From: an uncultured Eubacteriales bacterium
GTDB lineage: Bacteria > Bacillota > Clostridia > Christensenellales > UBA1242
Reading direction: 5' to 3'
Assembly (NCBI GenBank): GCA_949067325.1
Contig: CARTDZ010000001.1
Coordinates: forward strand, 4,266-68,265
Length of the DNA stretch: 64,000 nucleotides
Part shown: positions 37,415 to 46,531 of the stretch, piece after piece
How positions within the stretch are numbered: position 1 is the first letter of the stretch
Layout of the letters: each line of letters begins with the position of its first letter
Translations under genes and position numbers: made by a program
Notes under the pieces: generated by a model
The model's database searches: none
What the model was told of the DNA's origin: nothing
What the model saw: the letters and a program-made list of their open reading frames with translations, nothing else

Positions 37415-40267
37415 ATGGCAAGAGCGTCAAGACAAGCCTTAATCAATGCGGCAACACCAAACTTAAAAAGTCAAAGCAGTGAAATTTACAACTTCATAAG
37501 GTCAAGTGGTGTATATTTTCAAAACAAACTCAAAGATATCAAAGGCATTCTCAAAGCCCACTTTTGTCTTACTCAAGATGAGGTTGAAGCTCAAATTCTC
37601 AAAATCTGCCAAAGCATGGACAAAACTGCAACGCTTCAACTTTTCGATATTATTGAAGAATTTTCAAAAAACGATATCAAAAATAGGGTGGAAATCAATT
37701 CCTCAAATGTTGAATGGCTTGCAAGTCGTCACAGCTTCGCTTTGACACTTCTTGATAATATACTCGAAATTTTTCACAACGAAACAGACAAGCTTAGTGA
37801 AGAACTTATTGATTGCATTCGCGAGGCAAGAAGAGTGAACATTGATCCTTTCAAGTTTGCAACAAAAACAAATTTGCGATTTGCCTCTTTTGACAAATTT
37901 CAAGAAACTTTAAACGCTCTCACAGTCACAAAGTATGCCTCTCTTGGCGATAAGTCAATCATCAAAACTCAAGAATTTAGCACCTTGATAGAACAATGCA
38001 CAACTCTTGCTTCTAGATTAAAAGCTGAGACTGTTGAAAATATTTTGGATCTTCTTTCAGATTTCGTATATGACAAAAATTCAAAGTCATATCTTGCAGA
38101 CGTAGGCAGAATGCTAAAAGTTTGTCCTTCACTTCTTCTTATCGATGAAGAGACATTTCTTGACACGCTTGCCACAATTGAGCAAGAATTCATTCAAAAA
38201 CGCAATATGACAAGGCTTGAGGTTGTCTCTCGCATTGCAAGAACACCTTCAATTTTGGCTACTTCAACCAAAGTAATAGAAGCTACGCAATCAAGCCTTG
38301 AAAAACAAATCACCAAACTTCTTGCAAAGTCAAAGCTTGTCAAATCTGACGAACGTTCAATCATGTCACAAACTATTGCCAACAATATTGTTTTCAATCT
38401 TGACAACTTCACTCAACTTACTTCAATCAAAGCGGCTGACAACTTTGGTCAAATGGCTGACACGCTAGAACACTTCCTTGGCACTGACAACGCAATTTCT
38501 TGTATGCAAAATCTCTCAATTCTCAAACGCGATCCTGCCGTTGTATCTTATGTGCTTGCAGTGCTTTCAGCTGACAAAGATAGCGAAATTTTAAGAGCGG
38601 ATTTTGTCAACAATCCAACCAAATATTTTGAAAATTATGAAGGGGCTTCATCTTCAACGACTGGAATGGAAATTGAAAGAACTAGACGTGAAAAATTGAC
38701 GTTCAAAGTTGAAAAATTGCCAGAAATCAAAGTTGACGAAGAGCAATTGTTGGAACTCTATCGAAAAATAGACAGGTCAAAACGTGACGAGGTGCAAAAA
38801 CTTCTTGCCAAGGCTCAGCAAGACTTCCTTGAAAAGAAAAGAGCAGCAGAAGAGGCTGCCTTGCGTGAAAAACAAGAAAGAAAGGCTGAAAAAGAACGTC
38901 AAAAAGAAGAAGAACGCCAAAAACGTTTGGAAGCAAAGCGAAAAGCTGACGAAGAAGCTAGAAAAAAGAAGGAAGAAGCAGCCGCAGCTAGAGCCGCTAC
39001 GCTTAAAGCCTTGCAAAATACTCAATCAAGCGGTGAGGTTGATATTGAACAACAGATAAAAACCAAACTACGCAAGTTGACCAATTATTACAAACCTATC
39101 AAAAGCAAGAATGACAATTCAAGAGATATACAAAAGCTTCCAAAACTTATCGAAAATGTTTATGGCCCAATTTATGATCTTTTGAAAAAATACAAAAAAG
39201 ATAAAATAGCTGACCTTACTTCAGTGCAAGAACTTTGTATGCTGGCCACAAGAGTTAAAAATATTGATCAATTTCAGCTTGACAATCTCGAAAAAGTCTT
39301 TATGATGCATAGCATTCTTGTCGACATAATAGATAACAGCAAAATTGAAGATATTATCAACTACTTAAACAGTGAAATAAAAATAGAAGGTCCAGATGCA
39401 GACATATTTGATGTTACAGACATGTCAGCACTGCAATTGCTTGACGATTTTATAAGACCAATTATTCTTGAAGATAGCAAAATCCTCTTAGACCTTATGG
39501 ACAAATGCAAATTTGTGCAAGGTGATGGTTTTAGATTTAACGAAACATATTATCTTATAGCAATAAGAAGCCACCTTGTATCCAATTTAGAAGAAATCGA
39601 AAATGCCGCAAAAGAACACCTTTCAAAAGAAGAAGTTGAAAAATATTTTGCCAGCGAAAATGTAAGAATAGAAAAAGAAAAGATAGACAAATCAATTTCA
39701 CAAAAATCGTTTATCAATCCAATGTTGAATGTCTCACTGCTTCTTCAAGCTTATATTCAACCAGCACTTTTATATCTATTATATAGAACAAATGAAGAAG
39801 GCTATTATCAACCAAAAAACCAAAAGATAAAATATTTGTTGGAAAAAGTGTACAAAAAGCCACTTTCACCTTTCAAACCAAAAGATATAAACCAAACTGA
39901 TTTCGAAAATTACTCTTACTATTTATCAAACTGCCAAATACTAGAGACGCTCGAAAGTTTTATAATCGCCATAGGCAATATAAATCAATCTATGCAAGGC
40001 ATCGAAGTGAAAGATGGCTATGTTTACTTCTTCTCTGGCCAGATCATAAGTGATGAAAATATAGAGCACGCCATGGTGAAGGGTAGGCTAAAAATTAATG
40101 ATGACGATATAAGAACCCTTCTTCCAGCCTTCAAAAAATATTTCGATATCAATGGTTTAGGTTTATATGATCCAAGATTTATAAGTGGCACGGACAATGG
40201 AAAAGAATTTTTACATGTAAACGAAATGCTTGTTGAATCTTATAATGCCGAACAAAATTGCAAATAG
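37415..40267 (+). CDS. large hypothetical protein (950 aa) with a central charged coiled-coil
   Basis: GGAGG RBS. The uninterrupted ORF has helical-looking N- and C-terminal halves joined by KRAAEEAALREKQERKAEKERQKEEERQKRLEAKRKADEEARKKKEEAAAARAA. No catalytic motif recognised. Confidence 0.8.
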   Translation: MARASRQALINAATPNLKSQSSEIYNFIRSSGVYFQNKLKDIKGILKAHFCLTQDEVEAQILKICQSMDKTATLQLFDIIEEFSKNDIKNRVEINSSNVEWLASRHSFALTLLDNILEIFHNETDKLSEELIDCIREARRVNIDPFKFATKTNLRFASFDKFQETLNALTVTKYASLGDKSIIKTQEFSTLIEQCTTLASRLKAETVENILDLLSDFVYDKNSKSYLADVGRMLKVCPSLLLIDEETFLDTLATIEQEFIQKRNMTRLEVVSRIARTPSILATSTKVIEATQSSLEKQITKLLAKSKLVKSDERSIMSQTIANNIVFNLDNFTQLTSIKAADNFGQMADTLEHFLGTDNAISCMQNLSILKRDPAVVSYVLAVLSADKDSEILRADFVNNPTKYFENYEGASSSTTGMEIERTRREKLTFKVEKLPEIKVDEEQLLELYRKIDRSKRDEVQKLLAKAQQDFLEKKRAAEEAALREKQERKAEKERQKEEERQKRLEAKRKADEEARKKKEEAAAARAATLKALQNTQSSGEVDIEQQIKTKLRKLTNYYKPIKSKNDNSRDIQKLPKLIENVYGPIYDLLKKYKKDKIADLTSVQELCMLATRVKNIDQFQLDNLEKVFMMHSILVDIIDNSKIEDIINYLNSEIKIEGPDADIFDVTDMSALQLLDDFIRPIILEDSKILLDLMDKCKFVQGDGFRFNETYYLIAIRSHLVSNLEEIENAAKEHLSKEEVEKYFASENVRIEKEKIDKSISQKSFINPMLNVSLLLQAYIQPALLYLLYRTNEEGYYQPKNQKIKYLLEKVYKKPLSPFKPKDINQTDFENYSYYLSNCQILETLESFIIAIGNINQSMQGIEVKDGYVYFFSGQIISDENIEHAMVKGRLKINDDDIRTLLPAFKKYFDINGLGLYDPRFISGTDNGKEFLHVNEMLVESYNAEQNCK

Positions 40268-40296
40268 CAATTAAAAAGCCAAAGCCTAAAAAATGA

Positions 40297-40324
40297 AAAG
40301 CAGAGAAAATCTGCTTTTTCTTTT
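40297..40324 (+). terminator. rho-independent terminator after the 950-aa ORF
   Basis: AAAGCAGA/TCTGCTTT stem with a GAAAA loop, followed by a T-run. Confidence 0.55.
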
Positions 40325-40428
40325 ATCATTTATTAGACCTTTTTAGCATAAATTTTTATGATAAGAAGGCCAAATCATTTGCAAATTCTATCGTTTTATT
40401 GTAAACTATCATGGAAGGAGAAAATTTT

Positions 40429-40995
40429 ATGAATGAAATGGTAGATGAAATTATGCTTTCTTGTCAAGAAGAGCTTGAAAAAGCTATCAATCACCAAAAA
40501 AATGAATATATGGTTATTCGTGCTGGGAGGGCAAATCCTCATATCTTAGACAAAGTCTCTATCGACTATTATGGCGTGCCAACTCCAATCAAAAACATGG
40601 CAAGTATAACCGTGCCAGAAGCAAGAATGCTTGTCATTTCAGTTTGGGACGCATCTCAAGTCAAAAATGTTTCAAAAGCAATTGCAATGGCTGACCTTGG
40701 CGTAACTCCAAATGACGACGGCAAAGTTATCAGACTTACTTTTCCAATTTTGACAGAAGAACGTCGTCGCGAAATCGTCAAAACAGTCAAGAAAATCGCA
40801 GAAGAAACCAAAATCACTGCTCGTGGTGCAAGAAGAGACGCTCTCTCAATGCTCAAAGATCTTCAAAAGGAAGGTACGCTTTCAGAAGATATGCTTGCTT
40901 CACTTGAAGATGATGTTCAAAAACTTATTGATGACGCAATTGTAAAAATTGAAGAAAACTGCAAACTTAAAGAAAAAGAAATTATGGACGTGTAG
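40429..40995 (+). CDS. frr: ribosome recycling factor
   Basis: ...MVIRAGRANPHILDKVSIDYYGVPTPI...LTEERRREIVK. ATG at 40429 follows GGAAGGAG. Confidence 0.9.
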   Translation: MNEMVDEIMLSCQEELEKAINHQKNEYMVIRAGRANPHILDKVSIDYYGVPTPIKNMASITVPEARMLVISVWDASQVKNVSKAIAMADLGVTPNDDGKVIRLTFPILTEERRREIVKTVKKIAEETKITARGARRDALSMLKDLQKEGTLSEDMLASLEDDVQKLIDDAIVKIEENCKLKEKEIMDV

Positions 40996-41011
40996 AAAAA
41001 AGGATCTTTTT

Positions 41012-41710
41012 ATGCAAAAACTTCTCTCAAACTTGCCACTTCATATTGGGATCATTATGGACGGAAATGGTAGATGGGCAACAAGACGTGGCCTTCCTCG
41101 CAATCTTGGCCATAAGGAAGGAATGAGGGCTGTGGAACGAACTATTGATGCTCTTATCAAGTTTGGTATAAAAGTTGTCACCTTTTTTGCTTTTTCAACT
41201 GAAAACTGGAAGAGAAGCAAAGAAGAAATCGAAGGCATTTTTGCTTTGGTTCGAGATTACCTCAACACAAACTCAAATTATTTCAGCGAAAAGGGTGTAA
41301 AGGTTCGTTCAATGGGTGACCTTGACAAGTTTCCAAAAGACCTCACTTCAGCCCTTGAAAATGCTAAAGAAGAAACAAAACACAACGACAAATTAGTTTT
41401 AAATCTGGCTCTAAATTATGGCGGACGCGATGATATAACTTATTCTGTCAACAAACTTATAAAAAGCGGCAAAAAGGCAATAACTGAAAAGGACATTCTT
41501 GACAATCTTTATTCAGAAGGTTTGCCAGAACCTGATCTGATAATAAGAACAAGCGGAGAACAACGCATTTCAAACTTTATGATCTATCAGGCCGCGTATA
41601 GTGAATATTATTTCACCAAAACATATTGGCCTGACTTTGATGAAAAATGTTTGAAAAAGGCACTTATTGCTTTTCAAAAACGCGAAAGACGCTATGGAGG
41701 AATAAAATGA
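41012..41710 (+). CDS. uppS: undecaprenyl diphosphate synthase
   Basis: HIGIIMDGNGRWA, FAFSTENWKR and RTSGEQRISNF motifs. The internal ATG at 41012 is preferred over 40949, which overlaps frr. Confidence 0.9.
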   Translation: MQKLLSNLPLHIGIIMDGNGRWATRRGLPRNLGHKEGMRAVERTIDALIKFGIKVVTFFAFSTENWKRSKEEIEGIFALVRDYLNTNSNYFSEKGVKVRSMGDLDKFPKDLTSALENAKEETKHNDKLVLNLALNYGGRDDITYSVNKLIKSGKKAITEKDILDNLYSEGLPEPDLIIRTSGEQRISNFMIYQAAYSEYYFTKTYWPDFDEKCLKKALIAFQKRERRYGGIK

Positions 41711-42666
41711 AAAATAGACTTATGACATCTTTAGGTATAGTTTTAGTCTTAGCCCTTGCATTTGTTTTAAAAATTTATGTAAGCGACTATTTCTTTGACG
41801 CTCTTCTTTTGACTGTGGCGTGTTTCTGCGCTTACGAGATGTCTCGTCTACTCACAAAAATGGGCAAATACCATGAAAAATGGGTGGTATATATTTTTCC
41901 AGCCATTTTTGCGTTGGTCTTGCTTTTAAGTGCAGGTTTTGATAGCGAATATTCTATCACTTTTGCAATACTCACTTGCATTGGCTTGATAGCACTTGCT
42001 TTTTTGGCAGTATTTCTTATAAACATTATTTTCGCAAGAAAAAGCGAAAAAGAAATAAGATATAGAAAACTTCAAAAGACTGTAAAAACCTATTCACTTG
42101 ACAAGGCCTTGAACACAATCGTAGCTCTTGTATATCCAAGCTTTATGTTTATATTTATGCTCGTTTTAAATCATATCGACGATTTTTCAACGACTTTTAA
42201 AAATGTTTCAGCTTTTGAAGGCTGGCTTTCATTTGTAGCTTTGCTTTTCGCTTTTCTTATTCCTATCTTCAGCGACACTTTTGCTTTTCTTACAGGAAGT
42301 GTAATAGGCGGCAAAAAGCTTTACCCAAAGGTTAGTCCTAAAAAGACAATTTCTGGTGCTGTTGGAGGAATGGTTTTCACAGTCCTTCTTTCGGTCGCAA
42401 TTTATTTTATCCTAAACTCAATTCAAACCTTTTATTTTGTGTTTAGTGCAACAGGCTTTGCTTTTTGGAAGATTATGCTTATCGCTTTCTTTGGTTCTAT
42501 TGTTTCACAATGTGGCGACCTCTTCGAGTCGCTCCTAAAACGCCACGCCGACGTCAAAGATGCTGGCCGCATCTTGCCTGGGCACGGCGGAATGCTTGAC
42601 AGGTTTGATTCCTACGTCTTTGTTGCGCCTTTTCTCATGCTTAGCTTTATTTTTGTTTTGATTTAA
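41707..42666 (+). CDS. cdsA: phosphatidate cytidylyltransferase
   Basis: ESLLKRHADVKDAGRILPGHGGMLDRFDS signature. Its ATG overlaps the uppS stop (ATGA). Confidence 0.85.
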   Translation: MKNRLMTSLGIVLVLALAFVLKIYVSDYFFDALLLTVACFCAYEMSRLLTKMGKYHEKWVVYIFPAIFALVLLLSAGFDSEYSITFAILTCIGLIALAFLAVFLINIIFARKSEKEIRYRKLQKTVKTYSLDKALNTIVALVYPSFMFIFMLVLNHIDDFSTTFKNVSAFEGWLSFVALLFAFLIPIFSDTFAFLTGSVIGGKKLYPKVSPKKTISGAVGGMVFTVLLSVAIYFILNSIQTFYFVFSATGFAFWKIMLIAFFGSIVSQCGDLFESLLKRHADVKDAGRILPGHGGMLDRFDSYVFVAPFLMLSFIFVLI

Positions 42667-42770
42667 TCTTTCAAAACTAAAAAACAAAATTTGCAAATAA
42701 AATTAATATAACAAAACCTGTCAATCAAAAAACTTACAAAAGATATAATTTTTCAATTTTGTGAGGTCAA

Positions 42771-44165
42771 ATGTTTGTTCTTTACATCATTTTAGCAGTT
42801 TTAATACTACTTTTTATGGTTCTTATTCACGAACTAGGTCATTATATTATTGGCCGTCTTTTAAATTTCAAAATTACCGAGTTCTCAATAGGATTTGGCA
42901 AAGCTATATTTTCAAAAACCAACAAACGAGGCGAAAAAATCTCACTTCGTATTTTTCCGCTTGGTGGTTATTGCGCCTTTGCAGGTGAGGGTGATGACGA
43001 AAATCTTGACAATAGCCAAGAGGCTGGCGGGATAAAAACAGACGAAAACTCTGCAAACTCAAAAGACAAAAATATTGCCAAAAAAATTGAAATAAAAGAG
43101 AGCAAGCTTAGCCAAAAAGTTGACGATGAACACTTACAATCAAAAAACAAAACAAAAGAAAAAGTTGAAAAGGCAGAAAACTGTGAAGAGAAAAACATAG
43201 CTAAAAATGAAGGCAATTCTAAAAACTTTGGCCAGAAGCCTGTCAGAAATAAAAAAGAACTTCTTTTCAACGAGCAGCCTGCATGGAAAAGAATTCTTGT
43301 CTTTCTTGCGGGTGTGACTTTCAACTTCGTTACTGCCATCATCTTTTCGCTCATCTTGCTTTGTTCAATAGGGTATGATATACCTCAAGTCACCAAATAT
43401 GATCCTCTCGCAAAACACGTGGCAAGCGAAACCTATGAGTATAATCATGACGCAAGCGAAACCTCTCTTCAAGAAGGCGATGTCATTTATTCAATAAACG
43501 GCCGCAAAATAGATTTTGCTTATGGCAACACTTTTGAAGAAATAATAAAGATCGAACAAGCCAAACTTATCGCATGGGTAAAAGAAAATAAAGATGCAGA
43601 TTTCTCTCAATATCCAGCTATGAATTTTGTCGTAGCTAGAAATGGCGAAAGAATAGAAGTGCCAGTGTCTTTCTTCAAGATTGTTCAAGAAAAAACTACA
43701 ACTGACGAAAGCGGCCAGCAGATCACAAAAACTGAAACCGCTTATTCGCTAGGCATCTACGCAAAGGCCTATAGGCATAGTTTTTTAGAAGCTCTTCAAA
43801 GAGCAATACCATTCTCTTTTGGTCTTGCTTGGGTAGTTCTTAAAAGTTTGTGGCTGCTTATTACCTTCCAGCTGGGCGTAGAAGCAATAGGTGGGCCAAT
43901 CACAACCATAACAACCATCGCAACAGTGACACAGGCAAGTGCGGCAAACTTACTTGTGCTTATACCTCTCATATCGGCAAACCTTGCCATTTTCAACCTG
44001 CTGCCAATTCCAGCGCTCGATGGCTCTCATGTGCTTTTTACAACAATCGAATGGATACGCAAAAAACCAATAAACCGCAAAATTGAAAACATGATACACA
44101 CCATTGGCCTAGCAGTTTTGTTCGGTCTTGTCATACTGGTTGACATTTTGCATTTCCTGTTGTAA
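42771..44165 (+). CDS. rseP: RIP zinc metalloprotease RseP/RasP (M50) with a low-complexity insertion
   Basis: HELGHY, a PDZ-like LQEGDVIYSINGRKI and NLLPIPALDGSH are present. A ~95-aa D/E/K/N-rich insert follows the first TM region (about nt 42987-43266). Confidence 0.85.
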   Translation: MFVLYIILAVLILLFMVLIHELGHYIIGRLLNFKITEFSIGFGKAIFSKTNKRGEKISLRIFPLGGYCAFAGEGDDENLDNSQEAGGIKTDENSANSKDKNIAKKIEIKESKLSQKVDDEHLQSKNKTKEKVEKAENCEEKNIAKNEGNSKNFGQKPVRNKKELLFNEQPAWKRILVFLAGVTFNFVTAIIFSLILLCSIGYDIPQVTKYDPLAKHVASETYEYNHDASETSLQEGDVIYSINGRKIDFAYGNTFEEIIKIEQAKLIAWVKENKDADFSQYPAMNFVVARNGERIEVPVSFFKIVQEKTTTDESGQQITKTETAYSLGIYAKAYRHSFLEALQRAIPFSFGLAWVVLKSLWLLITFQLGVEAIGGPITTITTIATVTQASAANLLVLIPLISANLAIFNLLPIPALDGSHVLFTTIEWIRKKPINRKIENMIHTIGLAVLFGLVILVDILHFLL

Positions 44166-44174
44166 AATATAGCC

Positions 44175-45701
44175 ATGGAACTTCTCGACAAAATCAACAA
44201 ACAATTTGACAATAAATACAAATTTTTAAAACTTTTTGACGTGGTCTATGATACAAACGCACTTATCTGCACCATCTGCTTTCTCTATCCTTACCAAATG
44301 ACAGATGTGGGCAGCGAGATGAGAGGTGAATTGGAGACCTTTGTCAAAGAGTTTTTTTCGCTTAACTGCGATGTGCGAGTAAAGTTTAAAAAAAGCTTTC
44401 TTGATGAAAAACTTATCAAAATCGAAGTCAAAAACTTCTTTGAAAAATATCATAAGTCTCTTGTGCCTTTTATAAATGTTGACAACATAACGTCTTCTTA
44501 CAAAGACTATGACGTTGAGGTAAATGTTGGCCTTAATCAAGATGTTCTCTCAATGCTCGATGAAGGCGAGCTTAAAGCGGAACTCCACAAATTTCTGTCA
44601 AATCGCTTTATTGCAAACTTTGCAATAAGTCTTGTTGAACTTGGCGAAACACTGCCAACTGAAATAGACGTTGAAGACCTGCTGCCAGAAGCTCGACCAA
44701 CTGTCGAACGCTATGAAATGATCATTGACAGCGTCCTCTTCGGTGGTGACATCGCTCCAAAGCCAGAATACATAAAAAACAACAAAAAGCCTAAAAACTC
44801 AGTCATTCTTGGCGGCACAATCTCTGCTTTTACACGCAAGAGCTTTATCGCTAAAAAGGGGAGATACGCAGGACAAGAACGAATTTATTATTCCTTCTCA
44901 CTCAAAGATGACGCGAGTGTAGATGTTATCTATTTCTGTTCAAAAGCAAACGAGAAAAAAATGGAAACTCTTTCTGATGGCATGAGCATAATTTGCGTCG
45001 GCGACTTGGTAAGAGGTCTGAATGGTAACCTTACATATCAAATAAAAAAGCTTTCTCTTGCCACAGCCAAAAAAGTTGAAGTGATTGTAAATGCACCAAG
45101 CGGTCGCCATAAGCAAGTGGTATTTGCAGAGCCTATCGAAACTCAGTCACAATCAAACCTATTTGAAGACAAGCCAACCTACAATGACAACATTATGAAC
45201 AATTCTTTTGTCGTCTTTGATATCGAGACTACAGGGCTTGACCCAGAAAGCTGCGAAATCACTGAAATAGGTGCTGTAAAAATAGTTGGCGGTGTTATAA
45301 AAGAACGCTTTGCTTCCTTCGTCAAACCAAATGGAAAAATACCTAAAGAAGTGCAAGAGCTTACTCACATAACTGACGAAATGGTTGCAAACGCACCAAG
45401 CATTGAGTATGTCATACGCGACTTTTATGATTTCACTCGTGGAAGCATTATAAGCGGCTACAACATAATCGGTTTTGATATGAAATTCATCACAAAAGCA
45501 GGCAAAAATTATGGCCTCAAATTTGATAATGACCTGCTTGATACGCTCATAATCGCTCGCACAAGCGGCCTGAGAGTTTCAAATTTCAAACTCGGCACTG
45601 TTGTAAACGCTTTGGGCATAACTCTAGACGGCGCACACAGAGCTTACAACGACGCTCACGCCACAGCACAAGTGCTGCTTGCTCTTTCAAAGAAAAAGTA
45701 A
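44175..45701 (+). CDS. PolC-like N-terminal/OB region fused to a DEDDh 3'-5' exonuclease (no polymerase or PHP domain)
   Basis: ExoI FVVFDIETTGL, ExoII GYNIIGFDMKFI and ExoIII HRAYNDAHATA are present. The upstream segment VILGGTISAFTRKSF...YYSFSLKDDASVDVIYF...MSIICVGDLV reads like the PolC OB domain. The gene lies between rseP and rimP. Confidence 0.7.
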   Translation: MELLDKINKQFDNKYKFLKLFDVVYDTNALICTICFLYPYQMTDVGSEMRGELETFVKEFFSLNCDVRVKFKKSFLDEKLIKIEVKNFFEKYHKSLVPFINVDNITSSYKDYDVEVNVGLNQDVLSMLDEGELKAELHKFLSNRFIANFAISLVELGETLPTEIDVEDLLPEARPTVERYEMIIDSVLFGGDIAPKPEYIKNNKKPKNSVILGGTISAFTRKSFIAKKGRYAGQERIYYSFSLKDDASVDVIYFCSKANEKKMETLSDGMSIICVGDLVRGLNGNLTYQIKKLSLATAKKVEVIVNAPSGRHKQVVFAEPIETQSQSNLFEDKPTYNDNIMNNSFVVFDIETTGLDPESCEITEIGAVKIVGGVIKERFASFVKPNGKIPKEVQELTHITDEMVANAPSIEYVIRDFYDFTRGSIISGYNIIGFDMKFITKAGKNYGLKFDNDLLDTLIIARTSGLRVSNFKLGTVVNALGITLDGAHRAYNDAHATAQVLLALSKKK

Positions 45702-45942
45702 AATTTCAAAAAAACTGCTACAAAAATTTCAATTTGAAAGATCTTGCAATGATATAAAAAACTATAAAAATAAGAAAATAAAAATCATCAAATTTTGTAA
45801 ATTTAAATTCAAAAAAATATTTTAAAAATATAAAAAGCAAGTCAAAAAAAATAATAAGCAAGAATTTGGCAAAATTAAGAAAAAAACAAACAAAAAATTT
45901 GCAAAAAATTAACAAAAAATTTGCAAAATTTACTTAAAAATC

Positions 45943-45971
45943 TTGCTTTTTATTTTATTTTAGGTTATAAT
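45943..45971 (+). promoter_or_regulatory. sigma-A promoter of the rimP-nusA-infB operon
   Basis: TTGCTT(45943-45948), 17-bp spacer, TATAAT(45966-45971), preceded by about 220 bp of extremely A/T-rich DNA. Confidence 0.5.
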
Positions 45972-45986
45972 ATTTATAACTTGACA

Positions 45987-46013
45987 GGGAGGAGGCAAAA
46001 AAGGCCTCCTCCT
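45987..46013 (+). promoter_or_regulatory. leader hairpin (SD-like / anti-SD arms) upstream of rimP
   Basis: GGGAGGAGGC(45987-45996) pairs with GCCTCCTCC(46004-46012) and is followed by TTGTGTT. A second small hairpin GTGTT-aagac-AACAC lies at 46015-46029, and the real RBS GGAGGTG at 46035-46041. Confidence 0.45.
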
Positions 46014-46047
46014 TGTGTTAAGACAACACTTATGGAGGTGCAAAAAT

Positions 46048-46509
46048 TTGGCAAAAGTCAAGCAAATTTGCGAAGAAAAAGTATGCCCAGTTATTGAGGA
46101 AATGGGTTACGACGTCGTAGAAGTAGAATACGCAAAAAAATCAGATGGAATGAATTTGACATTCTACATTGACTGCGATAAAGGCATCGATCTTGCCGAT
46201 TGTGAAAAAGTGGCAAAAGTAATAGACCCGCTTTTAGACGAACTCAATCCAACCGACGACCAGCCTTATATCATGAACGTAAGTTCTCAAGGCCTTGATC
46301 GCCCACTCAAAACTGAACGCGATTTTAAAAGAAATCTTGGCAAGGAAATCGAAATTGTCCTTTTCGCCAAAATTGACGGCAAGAAAAACTTTAAAGGCGT
46401 CTTAAAAAGTTATGATGAAAAAAGCGTAACCATCACAACGGCAAAAGAAGAAGACCTTGCACTAGAACGCCAAAAGATTGCGCACATCGTGCCAATAATC
46501 AAATTTTAA
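46048..46509 (+). CDS. rimP: ribosome maturation factor RimP
   Basis: ...VCPVIEEMGYDVVEVEY...LTFYID... TTG at 46048 lies 6 nt after GGAGGTG (the ORF track starts at 46015). Confidence 0.85.
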   Translation: MAKVKQICEEKVCPVIEEMGYDVVEVEYAKKSDGMNLTFYIDCDKGIDLADCEKVAKVIDPLLDELNPTDDQPYIMNVSSQGLDRPLKTERDFKRNLGKEIEIVLFAKIDGKKNFKGVLKSYDEKSVTITTAKEEDLALERQKIAHIVPIIKF

Positions 46510-46531
46510 AAGAATTTAAGGAGAAATTAAA

